Shown: piece by piece, positions 38,760 through 49,321 of the stretch
Numbering within the stretch: the stretch's first letter is position 1
Layout: each line of letters begins with the position of its first letter
Assembly: GCA_905478415.1 (NCBI GenBank)
Contig: CAJQIG010000001.1
Coordinates: 309,892-373,891, forward strand
Reading direction: 5' to 3'
Origin: an uncultured Patescibacteria group bacterium
Lineage (GTDB): Bacteria; Patescibacteriota; Microgenomatia; UBA1400; PJMF01
DNA: 64,000 nucleotides
Made by a program: the position numbers and the translations under genes
Notes under the pieces: generated by a model
Told to the model about the DNA's origin: nothing
Seen by the model: only the letters and a program-made list of their open reading frames with translations
Database searches by the model: none

Positions 38760-39023
38760 GAGGGCATCATATAGTGAGAAACACTAAAAACTTAAATAGT
38801 TAAAGAAAATTGAATACCAGAGTAACCAAATAAACTATGAACATACTACGACTGACACATCCTACTTTTAAAGAGTAGTTAGCTACCTCAGCACTGTCTT
38901 TGTCGTACCCACATATTTTTTCTCTTCAAATTTTCTCAAGTTTTTATCTTTCTCAAAAATGCAATCAAATAGCTATTGTGATTGTGGGTACAAAACAGTA
39001 CTTACAAACACAAAGGAGAACTT

Positions 39024-40580
39024 ATGTCATTATTTAGTAATCTATCAACGCTCTTCAATGCGGAAGTAGATAAAAAGAAACCACAAAAACCAAACGCGTC
39101 GTCAAAAAAACGTCGACCTCGAAGAAAACCAAAAAGACGGCCACAAAAGAAACAAGCTGTCGCACTTTCTCAGCACGAACTCGTTCGAGAAGCCACAGCC
39201 AAAGCCCGAGAAATTATTGTCGAAGCAAAAGCTGAAGCACTCTCAATTCGTAGCAAATCTGAGCGTGAAGCAAGTGAGGAATTCAGAAAAATTGAAGGCC
39301 AACAACAAAGCTTAGACTCAAAATTAAGCCGAGTAGAAGACAAACTTTCAACACTCGAGCAAAAAGAATCAAACCTTTCAAAAGAAAAACAAAAACTGGT
39401 ACAAAAACAAGCAGAAATCGAGAAAGAACGAGGAAAGATCATTACTGAACTCGAAGAAGTCTCTGGTTTAACCACCGAAGAAGGTAAACAAATTCTCTTC
39501 TCTCGATTAGAAGAAAAACTAAACCGTCAGCTAGCAGCCTTCGTCCGCGAAAAAGAAGAGCAAGCCCAAGCAGAAGCCAACGAAAAAGTTCAGGAAATCT
39601 TAGTTGATGCCATGAAACACGGAGCAACTGATGACGTCCCTGAATACACTGTCTCTGTGGTTCAACTTCCAAATGAAGAAACTAAGGGAAAAATTATTGG
39701 TAAGGCTGGACGCAACATTAATGCGTTTGAACATCGTACTGGAGTTGATCTTGATTTAGATATGTCTCCAACCGAAGTTCGTCTTTCATGTTTTGACCCA
39801 GTTCGCCGCCAAGTTGCTCGAATTGCCTTGGAAAGACTTATTAAAGATGGTCGTATCCAACCAACCAGAATTGAAGAAGTTGTTGCCAAAGTTGAGAAAG
39901 AACTTGCCAAGGTTATGCTCGAAGCAGGTAAAAAGCTTTGTCATGATGTCGGCGTCTACAACCTCCCAATTGAGTTAATGAGAATGCTCGGAAAGTTTAA
40001 GTACCGTTTCTCATATGGACAGAATCTTATTGCTCACACTTTAGAAGAAACAAAAATTGGTATCAAAATTGCTCATGAACTTAAAGTTGATGTCAACATT
40101 GTTAAAATGGGGTGTTTGCTGCACGACATTGGAAAAGTTTCAGAAGAAGTTGAAGGTAGTCATGTAGAGCTGGGAGTTAAAATCGCAAAACGATTTAATT
40201 TACCACAGCCAGTTATTGACTGTATTGCTCAGCATCACGAAGATGAACCATTCAGTGGACCTGAACAGATGGTCGTCTATATTGCCGATGCAATTTCTGG
40301 AGCCAGACCTGGTGCTCGATATGAAAACTATGAAGAATATGTCAAACGCTTGACTCAGCTAGAAGAAATTGCCATGCAGTATGACATGGTTAAACAAGCC
40401 TATGCTATTCAAGCAGGACGTGAAGTCAGAGTGCTCTTGGAGCCAGAAAAAAGCCATGATGATGATGTAACTATCCTCAGTACCAAAATTCGAGATGAGA
40501 TCAAAGAAAAAATGACCTACCCTGGAACGGTAACCGTAACTGTTATTAGAGAACTTCGCGGCCAACAAGTCGCAAAGTAG
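39024..40580 (+). CDS. rny: Ribonuclease Y
   Basis: Coiled coil, KH domain (KGKIIGKAGRNI), HD domain (LLHDIGK), ADAISGARPGAR and AIQAGRE; AAGGAG RBS before ATG 39024. Confidence 0.96.
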   Translation: MSLFSNLSTLFNAEVDKKKPQKPNASSKKRRPRRKPKRRPQKKQAVALSQHELVREATAKAREIIVEAKAEALSIRSKSEREASEEFRKIEGQQQSLDSKLSRVEDKLSTLEQKESNLSKEKQKLVQKQAEIEKERGKIITELEEVSGLTTEEGKQILFSRLEEKLNRQLAAFVREKEEQAQAEANEKVQEILVDAMKHGATDDVPEYTVSVVQLPNEETKGKIIGKAGRNINAFEHRTGVDLDLDMSPTEVRLSCFDPVRRQVARIALERLIKDGRIQPTRIEEVVAKVEKELAKVMLEAGKKLCHDVGVYNLPIELMRMLGKFKYRFSYGQNLIAHTLEETKIGIKIAHELKVDVNIVKMGCLLHDIGKVSEEVEGSHVELGVKIAKRFNLPQPVIDCIAQHHEDEPFSGPEQMVVYIADAISGARPGARYENYEEYVKRLTQLEEIAMQYDMVKQAYAIQAGREVRVLLEPEKSHDDDVTILSTKIRDEIKEKMTYPGTVTVTVIRELRGQQVAK

Positions 40581-40598
40581 TGCTAAAATAAGGAAACT

Positions 40599-40814
40599 AT
40601 GCAGACTGCATTACTCATCTTACAAATTGTCTTTTCAATTGGCATCATCATTGCTGTTCTTCTTCAGCCAGAAGGGACCGGACTCGGATCAACCTGGGGC
40701 GGTGGAGGTGGAACCTATCACACCAAACGTGGTGTTGAGAAAGTTCTCTTCTATGGAACAATTGTTATCATCGTGCTTTTTACCATTAATAGCTTAGTGC
40801 TACTTATTATTTAA
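40599..40814 (+). CDS. secG: Preprotein translocase subunit SecG
   Basis: VLLQ..G.GLG..WGG.....TKRG.EK with two TMs. Confidence 0.93.
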   Translation: MQTALLILQIVFSIGIIIAVLLQPEGTGLGSTWGGGGGTYHTKRGVEKVLFYGTIVIIVLFTINSLVLLII

Positions 40815-40835
40815 AGTTCGTAAAAAGTCTCTGTT

Positions 40836-42242
40836 ATGAGAAAACTCTATTGGTATCTAACGGCGTACATTAAGAAACATGGGCTCGTTGTCATCGGTTC
40901 TGTGTTGTTAGCAATGCTGGTTTTCTCTTTTACCATTCCTACTTTAGTGACACGACTTGAAAAAAGGTCCCAACAACACATTGGTATTGTGGGCGAATAC
41001 ACGCTCACAAACTTACCTCCGTTAATCTCATCACAACTGAGTGCTGGTTTAACAAAAATCACCGAGAACGGGACAACAGAACCAGCATTAGCCGAAAGAT
41101 GGACTATTGAAAACGAGGGTACAACCTATAGATTCGTCATTAAAGACAATATTTTTTGGCAAGATGGAAAAAAACTCACTCCGGATGATGTCAGCTACTC
41201 TCTGAGAGATGTAGAAACTATTGTCACCCCAAATGATATTGTTTTTAAATTACCAGGTCCGTTTTCGCCTTTTCCTACTGTCGTCACTGCCCCAATTTTT
41301 CGCTACAAAGAATCAAAACACAAACTCTTCTTAACTCGCCCAATGTTGATTGGCATAGGAAAGTACAAAGTTGTTGACTACACACTTGGGTCTTCAGATT
41401 TTCTTACCCAACTAGTTATAGATGGCTCTAACGAACGATTTATCTATCGTTTCTATCCAACTGAGACAGCTGCTGTGACTGCATTTAAGCATGGCAAAAT
41501 TGATGCTATCGATAACCTCAACACTACGTATGATATCTTTGATTGGAATACAGTATCTGTTTCCAAATCACTAAACGAAGATCACTATTTAGCCATATTT
41601 TTTAATATCCGTGAACCAATTTTTGATAAAAATGTTCGTCAGGCTCTCTCCTATGCACTTGAAAAGCCAGATACATCAATCCGTGCCACAGGACCAATTA
41701 GTCCTAAATCGTGGGCATATTTTTCTGGTGGAAAAGACTATGAGAAAAATACAGACCGAGCAGTTGAGCGTTTACTCGATGCAATTCCTCCCTTTCCATT
41801 AGAGCTAAACTTAACTACGACAGCACTCTACCAGGAAACTGCAGAAAGAGTAAAAGATGAATGGGAAGCATTTGGTGCTACCGCCTATGACGCCTGCCGA
41901 AGTTCTGATAAAGTTGAAGACAAAGCAGAGTGTGAAAAAGTAAAAATTACCGTTACTATCAACATTACTAACTTCCCCGATCTTTCTAACTTTCAACTCC
42001 TCTTAATTGGACAAGCAGTCCCAACAGATCCTGACCAATACCCCTTATGGCACTCAACAGAAGCTACAAACTTCACTGGGTATACCAACACTCGTATCGA
42101 TAGTTTACTTGAGAAAGGACGCCAAACATTTGATATCAAGGAAAGAACAGAAATTTATCAGGAGTTTCAACAATTTTTTCTCGAAGATGCCCCTGCAATA
42201 TTTTTACGGTATCTTGATAACTACTCGGTTCAAAGAAACTAA
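40836..42242 (+). CDS. ABC transporter substrate-binding protein, family 5
   Basis: PALAERW, WQDGK.LT.DDV, VRQAL.YA, DPDQY.LWHS and NF.GY. Confidence 0.88.
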   Translation: MRKLYWYLTAYIKKHGLVVIGSVLLAMLVFSFTIPTLVTRLEKRSQQHIGIVGEYTLTNLPPLISSQLSAGLTKITENGTTEPALAERWTIENEGTTYRFVIKDNIFWQDGKKLTPDDVSYSLRDVETIVTPNDIVFKLPGPFSPFPTVVTAPIFRYKESKHKLFLTRPMLIGIGKYKVVDYTLGSSDFLTQLVIDGSNERFIYRFYPTETAAVTAFKHGKIDAIDNLNTTYDIFDWNTVSVSKSLNEDHYLAIFFNIREPIFDKNVRQALSYALEKPDTSIRATGPISPKSWAYFSGGKDYEKNTDRAVERLLDAIPPFPLELNLTTTALYQETAERVKDEWEAFGATAYDACRSSDKVEDKAECEKVKITVTINITNFPDLSNFQLLLIGQAVPTDPDQYPLWHSTEATNFTGYTNTRIDSLLEKGRQTFDIKERTEIYQEFQQFFLEDAPAIFLRYLDNYSVQRN

Positions 42243-42244
42243 GA

Positions 42245-43267
42245 TTACAAACGGCGAAGTTTTCTTCGCATATATTCAAACAGATACACTACCCAATACT
42301 GCCTCTTGAGTGGAATATCTTGAGCCTCCAGGTACGGCACTTCAAATCCACCAAATCCACGTTTAAAAAGAGAAACCCCTGCAAACCGATGTTCATGCTC
42401 TTCTTTTGGAGCAATTCCCCAAAAGTTATATCGAGTGCAACCTCTAGTTTTAGCTTCTGCAATCGCGCGCCACTGGCAAGCATAGCTTCCTGGAAGTCGA
42501 TGATTTAATTCAGTAGAAATACCATAATGGTACACAGCCTCTCCATTATAAAAGAGTACAAAAGCAGAAGCTAACAATTCCCTCTCTTGCGTATAGGCAT
42601 GTACCAAAGCTACTTGATTATCTTGTAAAAAAACTTCAAACTGTCGCTGTAAAAATTCGTATGAAAAAGGAATAAAACCTTGGCGCTCAGCCACAGCTTT
42701 TTGCTCCTCAAAAAACTGTTGTATTTGATTGATATCCTGAGTTACCTCTGTAGTGATACCTTCGCGCTCAGCTTTACGAATGGCAGATCGAGTATTTTTC
42801 CTCATATCTTTGAGGAGTTCATCATCACTCTTGTGGAGATCTAGTTGTAATGTCAGATCGGCCGTTACATGCATCGGAGCAATAACCGTCTTGATTGTAG
42901 TAAGTAGATCACCATTGATGTTACTTTCGATTTCTTGTGGACGGAAACGAATAAAGATACAGTCATGACTATGAGCAATTTCTTTGAGCTGATCTATAAC
43001 AGCTCGTACTACGGCTGTGTCACTCCAGTCAAGCAGAGGTCCTCCGGCGAGCGCTACATACCGACCACGTTTTGCATCTTCGATCACACAACTAGCTAAA
43101 GCGATCACTCTATCTTTACGAGTAGCCATCAGTCTCACGACCCTCTTGCCCAATGACTCTTGAAAGAGTCCCCAATTATATGACTGCAAAAAATTTGCCT
43201 CTGGAAATGCAGACATAGCTGATTCCCAAGTCTCTTTTTCGATATCGGTTGAGAAAGTGATATTCAT
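42245..43267 (-). CDS. FemAB/FemX family peptidoglycan aminoacyltransferase
   Basis: FLQSY.WG, R.AIRKA and YNFWG...FKRGFGG. Confidence 0.9.
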   Translation of the reverse strand: MNITFSTDIEKETWESAMSAFPEANFLQSYNWGLFQESLGKRVVRLMATRKDRVIALASCVIEDAKRGRYVALAGGPLLDWSDTAVVRAVIDQLKEIAHSHDCIFIRFRPQEIESNINGDLLTTIKTVIAPMHVTADLTLQLDLHKSDDELLKDMRKNTRSAIRKAEREGITTEVTQDINQIQQFFEEQKAVAERQGFIPFSYEFLQRQFEVFLQDNQVALVHAYTQERELLASAFVLFYNGEAVYHYGISTELNHRLPGSYACQWRAIAEAKTRGCTRYNFWGIAPKEEHEHRFAGVSLFKRGFGGFEVPYLEAQDIPLKRQYWVVYLFEYMRRKLRRL

Positions 43268-44532
43268 GACTGAGCTGTTTCTATTAGTTCAATAATTCTA
43301 TAAGCATCTTGCTGCGAAATAGTTCGATGAGTCGGCAAAGTAAGCACATGCTCAGCAACGTGTTCTGCCTGAGGAGCAGTGGTTAATCGGTAAAGACTTT
43401 TACAGCCCAAAGTTCCACAATCAACGGCTTCTCTGTACCATCTATCCGTGAGGTAAACTTCATCATTTTGAAGCCTTTTTGCAACCTGACTCGGATTCTT
43501 GACTAATACTGGATATCGAAGGCCTGAACCTTGATCCAAGGTACTGGAACTAAACGTGGCTGCTGTAGTACCAAATCGCTCCTGATAGACAGAAACAATG
43601 GCTTTTCTATGTTGTAGTTCTGATTCAACAGAAGAATATTGAGTTCTCAACAGCGGCACATAACTCAAAGGTAATGGCACTGCTTTCTGAGTTGTAACCA
43701 GTAGCGGAGACTGTAAAAAGTGAGTCTTTTTTCCCAAAAAAAGTAGCACTTTTCCCACCGTGATCGGCCCAACTCCCCAATTCCAGGTCTTCCTCATGAT
43801 AAGCGTATACAATGGATAAACTAACTCTCGAATCTGAACTTTCATAGGAACTGCCTCAGAAAGACTATCCATCCAAGCTCCCAGTCGTGACCGCTGTGTT
43901 TTTGTGAGCTTTCGAAAACAACAAGCCCCACCACTAACTGCATCAATAATCTTATCTCTACCAAATGAAAAAATAACAGCATCTCCGTACTGGCCAACTG
44001 GTGCGCCAGATTCTGTTTGGCCTCCAAAGCCTTGGGCTAAATCTTCAATTAATAGTAATGAATGTGCATCACAAAAAGCACGAATTTTTTCGATCTCAGC
44101 CATTGTTCCCAATGAGTACTGCACAATAACTGCTTTTGGGTTTTGATTTGAATGATCCTGAAAACTTTTTTGTAGTGTTTGAGCCGTCAGGTTTACTCCA
44201 TCTGAGCCGATATCTACATAAAGCGGCTGTGCCCCAGTCCTAAGAATTGCTTCTTCTAAGGCGTAACAAGTAAAAGCTTGGGTTAGTACAACATCTCCAC
44301 TGCCAATTCCATACGCTCTGAGTGTTGCTTCAATAGCATCTCGACCTTTGTAAAAAAAGAATGTTTCACCAGAAAATCTTTTGTCAAAATCCTGTTTCAA
44401 ATCCTGTAACTGGGCTGCAAGAATCTGAGGAAAAAGAAATGATCCAACAAGCCCATGAATAGCCTGAACAGAATCAACAAGTGAGTAGTTTGAACCGAGG
44501 CTGCTAAAAAGAGGTTTCATTCTAAATCCCAT
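43264..44532 (-). CDS. DegT/DnrJ/EryC1/StrS PLP-dependent aminotransferase-like
   Basis: IEDLAQ, FSFGRDK...GGA and LTLPTH. Confidence 0.85.
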   Translation of the reverse strand: MGFRMKPLFSSLGSNYSLVDSVQAIHGLVGSFLFPQILAAQLQDLKQDFDKRFSGETFFFYKGRDAIEATLRAYGIGSGDVVLTQAFTCYALEEAILRTGAQPLYVDIGSDGVNLTAQTLQKSFQDHSNQNPKAVIVQYSLGTMAEIEKIRAFCDAHSLLLIEDLAQGFGGQTESGAPVGQYGDAVIFSFGRDKIIDAVSGGACCFRKLTKTQRSRLGAWMDSLSEAVPMKVQIRELVYPLYTLIMRKTWNWGVGPITVGKVLLFLGKKTHFLQSPLLVTTQKAVPLPLSYVPLLRTQYSSVESELQHRKAIVSVYQERFGTTAATFSSSTLDQGSGLRYPVLVKNPSQVAKRLQNDEVYLTDRWYREAVDCGTLGCKSLYRLTTAPQAEHVAEHVLTLPTHRTISQQDAYRIIELIETAQS

Positions 44533-44550
44533 ACGAATACTTCAATCCTA

Positions 44551-46017
44551 CTATATACCAAGTACTTCAAGAACCCAACCTGGCATCTTACCTTCAAGGA
44601 GGACGACTTCATCTTTAGTCAGGCCTGAGAGCACAGCTCTTGCTTCATCCATCGTAAAAATACCATCAGAACCCAACACTTCTTTGGCAATGACCAAGCT
44701 ACTATCACCAACATACACAACACTATCAGCAGCGACCTTTGCTTTTTCTAGTAATCTGGCATGAATAGCATCAGATTGCTCACCCAAGTCTACAATTCCA
44801 GGGGTCACCAGTACTTTTCTTTTTCCGGGGATAGCGGTGAGAAGAGTCAAAGCTTGCTCAAAACCGGCTGGATTACTACTGCCCCCATCATCTATGACTA
44901 ACGCTCCAGAATGTGTTCTTTTTTTTGTAATAAACTGCTCTGTTGGCACAAAGGATTCTAATCCCGCCTGTATTTCGGCGTCAGATAAAAATTCTTGAGC
45001 TACTTGCCACACCAAGACACAATTTTCAACATAATGTCCACCAATAAGCTGGGAATGAATAGTTCTTCCCTGATACGTAAACGAAACGGTTCCTTGATTT
45101 GAAACCGTACTTTTTTGACTAAGTGTACGCCATTGACTACACACCGGCACTGCCTTACTCTTTCGAACACCTCTGGAAACAATCTCAGCAACTTCGTGGT
45201 ATGAGTCTGTATAATACACAGGATCACCTTCGGCTAATGCCGCTACTAATTCAGATTTCGCCTCGATAATACGATCTGCCGATCCAAATAATCCCAGATG
45301 CTGCGGTGTAAAACCTGTGACCACTGCGCGACTTGGTTTGAAGTAACTTGCTAACTTCTCAATCTCTTTGGGACCATAGGCGGCATATTCTAAAATAGCA
45401 ATCTTTTGTTTTGAAAAACCTTTTAAAATACTTCGTGCTACAGACAAGAGCGTATTATAAGACTTCGGAGTAAAGAACACCTCATACTTCTGAGAAAGCA
45501 CGTGTGCCAATATCAGTTTGGTGCTCGACTTGCCAAAACTACCAGTAATACCAATCACCAGTGGTTTTTGTTGTCTAAAGAGAGCTTGTGCTCTTCGAGC
45601 TGTCCAACGTGTTATAAAAAGATGTACTGCAGCCGTAGGAGTAACCGCTACCAGAATGAAAAGTGGCGCAAAAACAATCAATATTAAGACTAAAAAGATA
45701 ATCATCAAGCTTTTAACCATGATTGAAAGTGGACTAAGTGACAAAAGAGTTCCTGTCACAAGAGCCGTAACTAACAGGCCTGTGAGAACCATAACGAAAA
45801 GCATTCGAATAGTTACTGCCGGTCGCTTACAACCAAGGCGAGTAAAGTCTGACTTACGGGGAATGATACGAATAAGTTCTTTCCGCCCTGCTTCCGAACG
45901 AATAAACAGCCATAATCTATCGGGACGATATTCTTTCTGTTGCGTGTAGGCAAACCAACGTAGATATCTAATTCCCATACTAGAAAAAACCGTGAATAAA
46001 AAAAGAAGTGTCTTCAT
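44551..46017 (-). CDS. Membrane-anchored MurF-like Mur ligase
   Basis: GITGSFGKSSTK, SYNT, QHL..F, IDD...SNP and VTPG.V.LG; N-terminal TMs; start at ATG 46017. Confidence 0.82.
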   Translation of the reverse strand: MKTLLFLFTVFSSMGIRYLRWFAYTQQKEYRPDRLWLFIRSEAGRKELIRIIPRKSDFTRLGCKRPAVTIRMLFVMVLTGLLVTALVTGTLLSLSPLSIMVKSLMIIFLVLILIVFAPLFILVAVTPTAAVHLFITRWTARRAQALFRQQKPLVIGITGSFGKSSTKLILAHVLSQKYEVFFTPKSYNTLLSVARSILKGFSKQKIAILEYAAYGPKEIEKLASYFKPSRAVVTGFTPQHLGLFGSADRIIEAKSELVAALAEGDPVYYTDSYHEVAEIVSRGVRKSKAVPVCSQWRTLSQKSTVSNQGTVSFTYQGRTIHSQLIGGHYVENCVLVWQVAQEFLSDAEIQAGLESFVPTEQFITKKRTHSGALVIDDGGSSNPAGFEQALTLLTAIPGKRKVLVTPGIVDLGEQSDAIHARLLEKAKVAADSVVYVGDSSLVIAKEVLGSDGIFTMDEARAVLSGLTKDEVVLLEGKMPGWVLEVLGI

Positions 46018-46715
46018 GATAAAAATTGAGTAATACACTCAGCTACTTCAGATGGATGAGTAAATTGAGGTGAATGACGAGCATGTTTGACCGTACAGAG
46101 TCGAGCATTAGGGATAGTATTCAAGAAAAACTGCGCGTTACGATAGGGTGCACTTGTGTCACCATCTCCCCAAACTAGCTGAACTGGACAAGCTAACTTT
46201 GGTAAATCAGTCTTAATTTCATCAGCTAAAATAGTGCTCATAGTTTTTTTCATGACTGGTGGAGCCACTTCGTAATCATGTTCTCCCACCAGTTTATAAA
46301 AAAATGATTTCACTTGAGGATGAGAAAAAAATATTTTACCAACTTTTGCAATATAAAAGAAGACAAAGCGTTTGCAACGAGCTCGCAGACTCATATCTCT
46401 GACACCAGCACTTGCAACCAAAATAAGTTTTTTAATTTGTTCAGGATGTGTGGCAGCATAGCGCACTGCTAACTGGCCCCCAAAAGAGTGTCCTAACAGA
46501 AGAATATTTTTTTGAGATCCTAGCTCTTCTTCTAACCAGGTTACATAGTCACCCAGTGACCAAGGTTTTTCGAGTGGAGACGAAAGTCCTGGTAGTTTGA
46601 GGAATGTTGAAGCTATTCCGTTTTCAGAAAGTGCTTTCCTAAAATGAGCCCACTTGACTTCATTCTGAGCGCTAATTGCCCAGCCATGGAGAATAATTAC
46701 GTGTGTATTTTTCAT
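46014..46715 (-). CDS. Alpha/beta hydrolase
   Basis: LHGW, GHSFGG, WGDGD and HSP. Confidence 0.9.
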   Translation of the reverse strand: MKNTHVIILHGWAISAQNEVKWAHFRKALSENGIASTFLKLPGLSSPLEKPWSLGDYVTWLEEELGSQKNILLLGHSFGGQLAVRYAATHPEQIKKLILVASAGVRDMSLRARCKRFVFFYIAKVGKIFFSHPQVKSFFYKLVGEHDYEVAPPVMKKTMSTILADEIKTDLPKLACPVQLVWGDGDTSAPYRNAQFFLNTIPNARLCTVKHARHSPQFTHPSEVAECITQFLS

Positions 46716-46871
46716 AATTTATTGAGTATTTATTTATTGTAGCACGGAGAGCCTTGTAGCATTAGAAAAGAATTTGAGATTGCCAATTAAGATGAAATCC
46801 TTATACTATGGAGTAGTGTGACCTAACGGCCCCATGGAAAATATACAGCATTTATAGAACAAAGGCTCACC

Positions 46872-47591
46872 ATGAAATTCTTCAATAGTATCCTAGCAAT
46901 TACTTTGAGTGGAGTCATACTGGCTGCTTGCACTGGTCCACAACCAAAAGAAAAGCAAATGCTGCAGTTAGATTCAGACACATCAGCAGCTGGTGACACA
47001 GCTTTGCTCTCAGATATTGAAGTCAGCCTTACTGATACAACAACAGGAGAAGAAAGTACTGTACAAAATACAACAGGAGAAACAACTATGAACACAGATG
47101 GTGCCGAAAAAACACTTGCCGATTTTGAAACAATCAATGCTTCGGAAGTTACCTTAACAACAACAAAGGGTGCTATCACCTTTGAGATCTACACTGATAA
47201 AGTCCCCCTTACTGCTCAAAACTTTTTAAACTTGGCTCAGAGTGGTTTCTATGATGGTATTGTCTTCCATCGAGTTATTGCTGACTTCATGGCTCAGGCA
47301 GGAGATCCTCTAAGTAAAGATCCAAGCAAACAAGCTATGTGGGGAACTGGCGGACCTGGATATGTAATCGCAGATGAGTTTAGCACTGATCTAACTCATG
47401 CAACAGCTGGAACCGTTTCAATGGCCAATAAAGGGACACCTACTACCGGCGGAAGTCAGTTTTTCATTACCTTTGCTCCAACTCAGTGGCTCGATGGCAA
47501 ACACACCGTCTTTGGAAAAGTTACTGAGGGTCTAGATGTCCTTATGACTATCGAGCAAGGTGACGTTATTAACTCAGTTACGTTCAAATAA
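46872..47591 (+). CDS. Cyclophilin-type peptidyl-prolyl isomerase, lipoprotein
   Basis: Lipobox ILAAC; FHRVI.DFM.Q.GDP, SMAN, GSQFFI and LDGKHTVFG. Confidence 0.95.
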   Translation: MKFFNSILAITLSGVILAACTGPQPKEKQMLQLDSDTSAAGDTALLSDIEVSLTDTTTGEESTVQNTTGETTMNTDGAEKTLADFETINASEVTLTTTKGAITFEIYTDKVPLTAQNFLNLAQSGFYDGIVFHRVIADFMAQAGDPLSKDPSKQAMWGTGGPGYVIADEFSTDLTHATAGTVSMANKGTPTTGGSQFFITFAPTQWLDGKHTVFGKVTEGLDVLMTIEQGDVINSVTFK

Positions 47592-47620
47592 AATCAAGTC
47601 TACCTTGTACGAATAAGAGA

Positions 47621-49321
47621 GTGAATGTAATGAAAACGAAAGTATTCGTACTGCGAAGTCTTTTTATAGGAATTGGAATCTTTTGTTTTTTGGGTCTCTT
47701 TGTTTTAATTTCGAGTATCGGACTTCTTAATGGAATCAAATCGAGAAAGGTGGCGGCTGTGGCGCGCCACAGCCGCCACCTCCACCTACTCTCTCAGCCA
47801 CTCTCCGTCCTAACTTTAAAAAGTAATGCTACGATCGAAACAGTTACTGCCAGCCTTGGGATACTCTCTCAAAGTGAGGCTGCCCAACAGGCAGTAACAG
47901 AAATCGTTCAAGCTACTGCAACCCAGGATATCGAATTACAACCACTCCTTCAGTTGGTAATCGACATACAACCAGAGCTCGAAACATTGCAAAAAAACCT
48001 ACCCAACTGCCACCTGTGTACTTCAAACATTCCGAGTGAGTACCAAACTTCTTTGTCTCAGGTACTTGCTACTGCACTAGATATAAGTGCTGCCAGCGAA
48101 ACTCTCATTGAGGGTGAGCACTCTTACCTAGTCCTCTTCCAAAATTCAGATGAACTCAGAGCAACGGGAGGCTTTATTGGCTCGTATGCACGCATTACCA
48201 TTATTGACGGTCATGTACTACCCATAACTGTCGAAGACATTTATGCTGCAGACGGACAGTTCACTGGCTCTATTCCCGCTCCTCCAGGAGTCAAAGAGTA
48301 TCTCAGCTCAGATAGAGGTCTTAGACTTCCAGACTCCAATTGGGAAGCCCACTTCCCGACGAGTGCTAAACAGGTCCTTCAATTTTTTGCACTCGGAAAT
48401 TCATCAAACTATGAAGGTGTCATTGTTATCACCGATAGCTACTTCCAATCACTGCTCGAGCTTACTGGCCCTATCTGGCTTCCTGATTATCAGCTCTCAG
48501 TCACTTCAGAAAACTTAGGTGAAGTACTCAGAACCGATCGAGATCAATTCTTTGCAGGCAGCATTCAAAAACAACACCTCCTTGAGCAGTTCAAAAACCA
48601 ACTCTTAATCAAACTGACAGCAGATGAGTTCGACTTTACTCAGTTGCTTGGAATCACTCTGCAACACGCCACTCAAAAAAATATTTTATGGTATTTTACC
48701 GATGAAAATCTACAGAACATTGCTCACCGCTTCGCTCTTGATGGAGCACTTTTGGGGAGCGACTCCCCAAATTTCTTAGGATTCATCGAGTCAAATGTAG
48801 GCATCAATAAAGCTAATAAAGGCATCTCGCGCGCACTCTCACTCTCAAAAAAAGGAACGACTATGACCGCTTACTACTATCTTGAAAATACTAATTCTCC
48901 ACCACAAAGAACTGAACTACAAGCACTCGTTACAGACCCTGATATAAAAAAGACTGCCACCGCTGCAGCTACGCACCTAGGTTACATTAACTACCAACGT
49001 GTTGTGTACCCTTCAGGCTGGCAACTGACAAAAATTGCGCTGCCTGACCAAACACAGCCTCAAATTACTACCAGAAACTTCTCGCTTTCAACTGGACAAA
49101 GCATCCAAGAAAGTGGTTTTCTCGTCACCGTTCCCGAACAATCAGCAACGCTTTTAGAACTCACCTTTACTCTACCTTCAGACACTAGTAGCAACTCACT
49201 CGAACTCTATAAACAACCAGGCACCTCCCCCGTGCCCATCTGGTTATTATCAACTGATGACCAGCCATTTGAAGGTGAACCAGATCTGATACTCGAGAAA
49301 AATCGTGTTACAATGCTGTAA
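47621..49321 (+). CDS. DUF4012 domain protein
   Basis: [38 protein letters not shown] and KQPG. Confidence 0.85.
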   Translation: MNVMKTKVFVLRSLFIGIGIFCFLGLFVLISSIGLLNGIKSRKVAAVARHSRHLHLLSQPLSVLTLKSNATIETVTASLGILSQSEAAQQAVTEIVQATATQDIELQPLLQLVIDIQPELETLQKNLPNCHLCTSNIPSEYQTSLSQVLATALDISAASETLIEGEHSYLVLFQNSDELRATGGFIGSYARITIIDGHVLPITVEDIYAADGQFTGSIPAPPGVKEYLSSDRGLRLPDSNWEAHFPTSAKQVLQFFALGNSSNYEGVIVITDSYFQSLLELTGPIWLPDYQLSVTSENLGEVLRTDRDQFFAGSIQKQHLLEQFKNQLLIKLTADEFDFTQLLGITLQHATQKNILWYFTDENLQNIAHRFALDGALLGSDSPNFLGFIESNVGINKANKGISRALSLSKKGTTMTAYYYLENTNSPPQRTELQALVTDPDIKKTATAAATHLGYINYQRVVYPSGWQLTKIALPDQTQPQITTRNFSLSTGQSIQESGFLVTVPEQSATLLELTFTLPSDTSSNSLELYKQPGTSPVPIWLLSTDDQPFEGEPDLILEKNRVTML

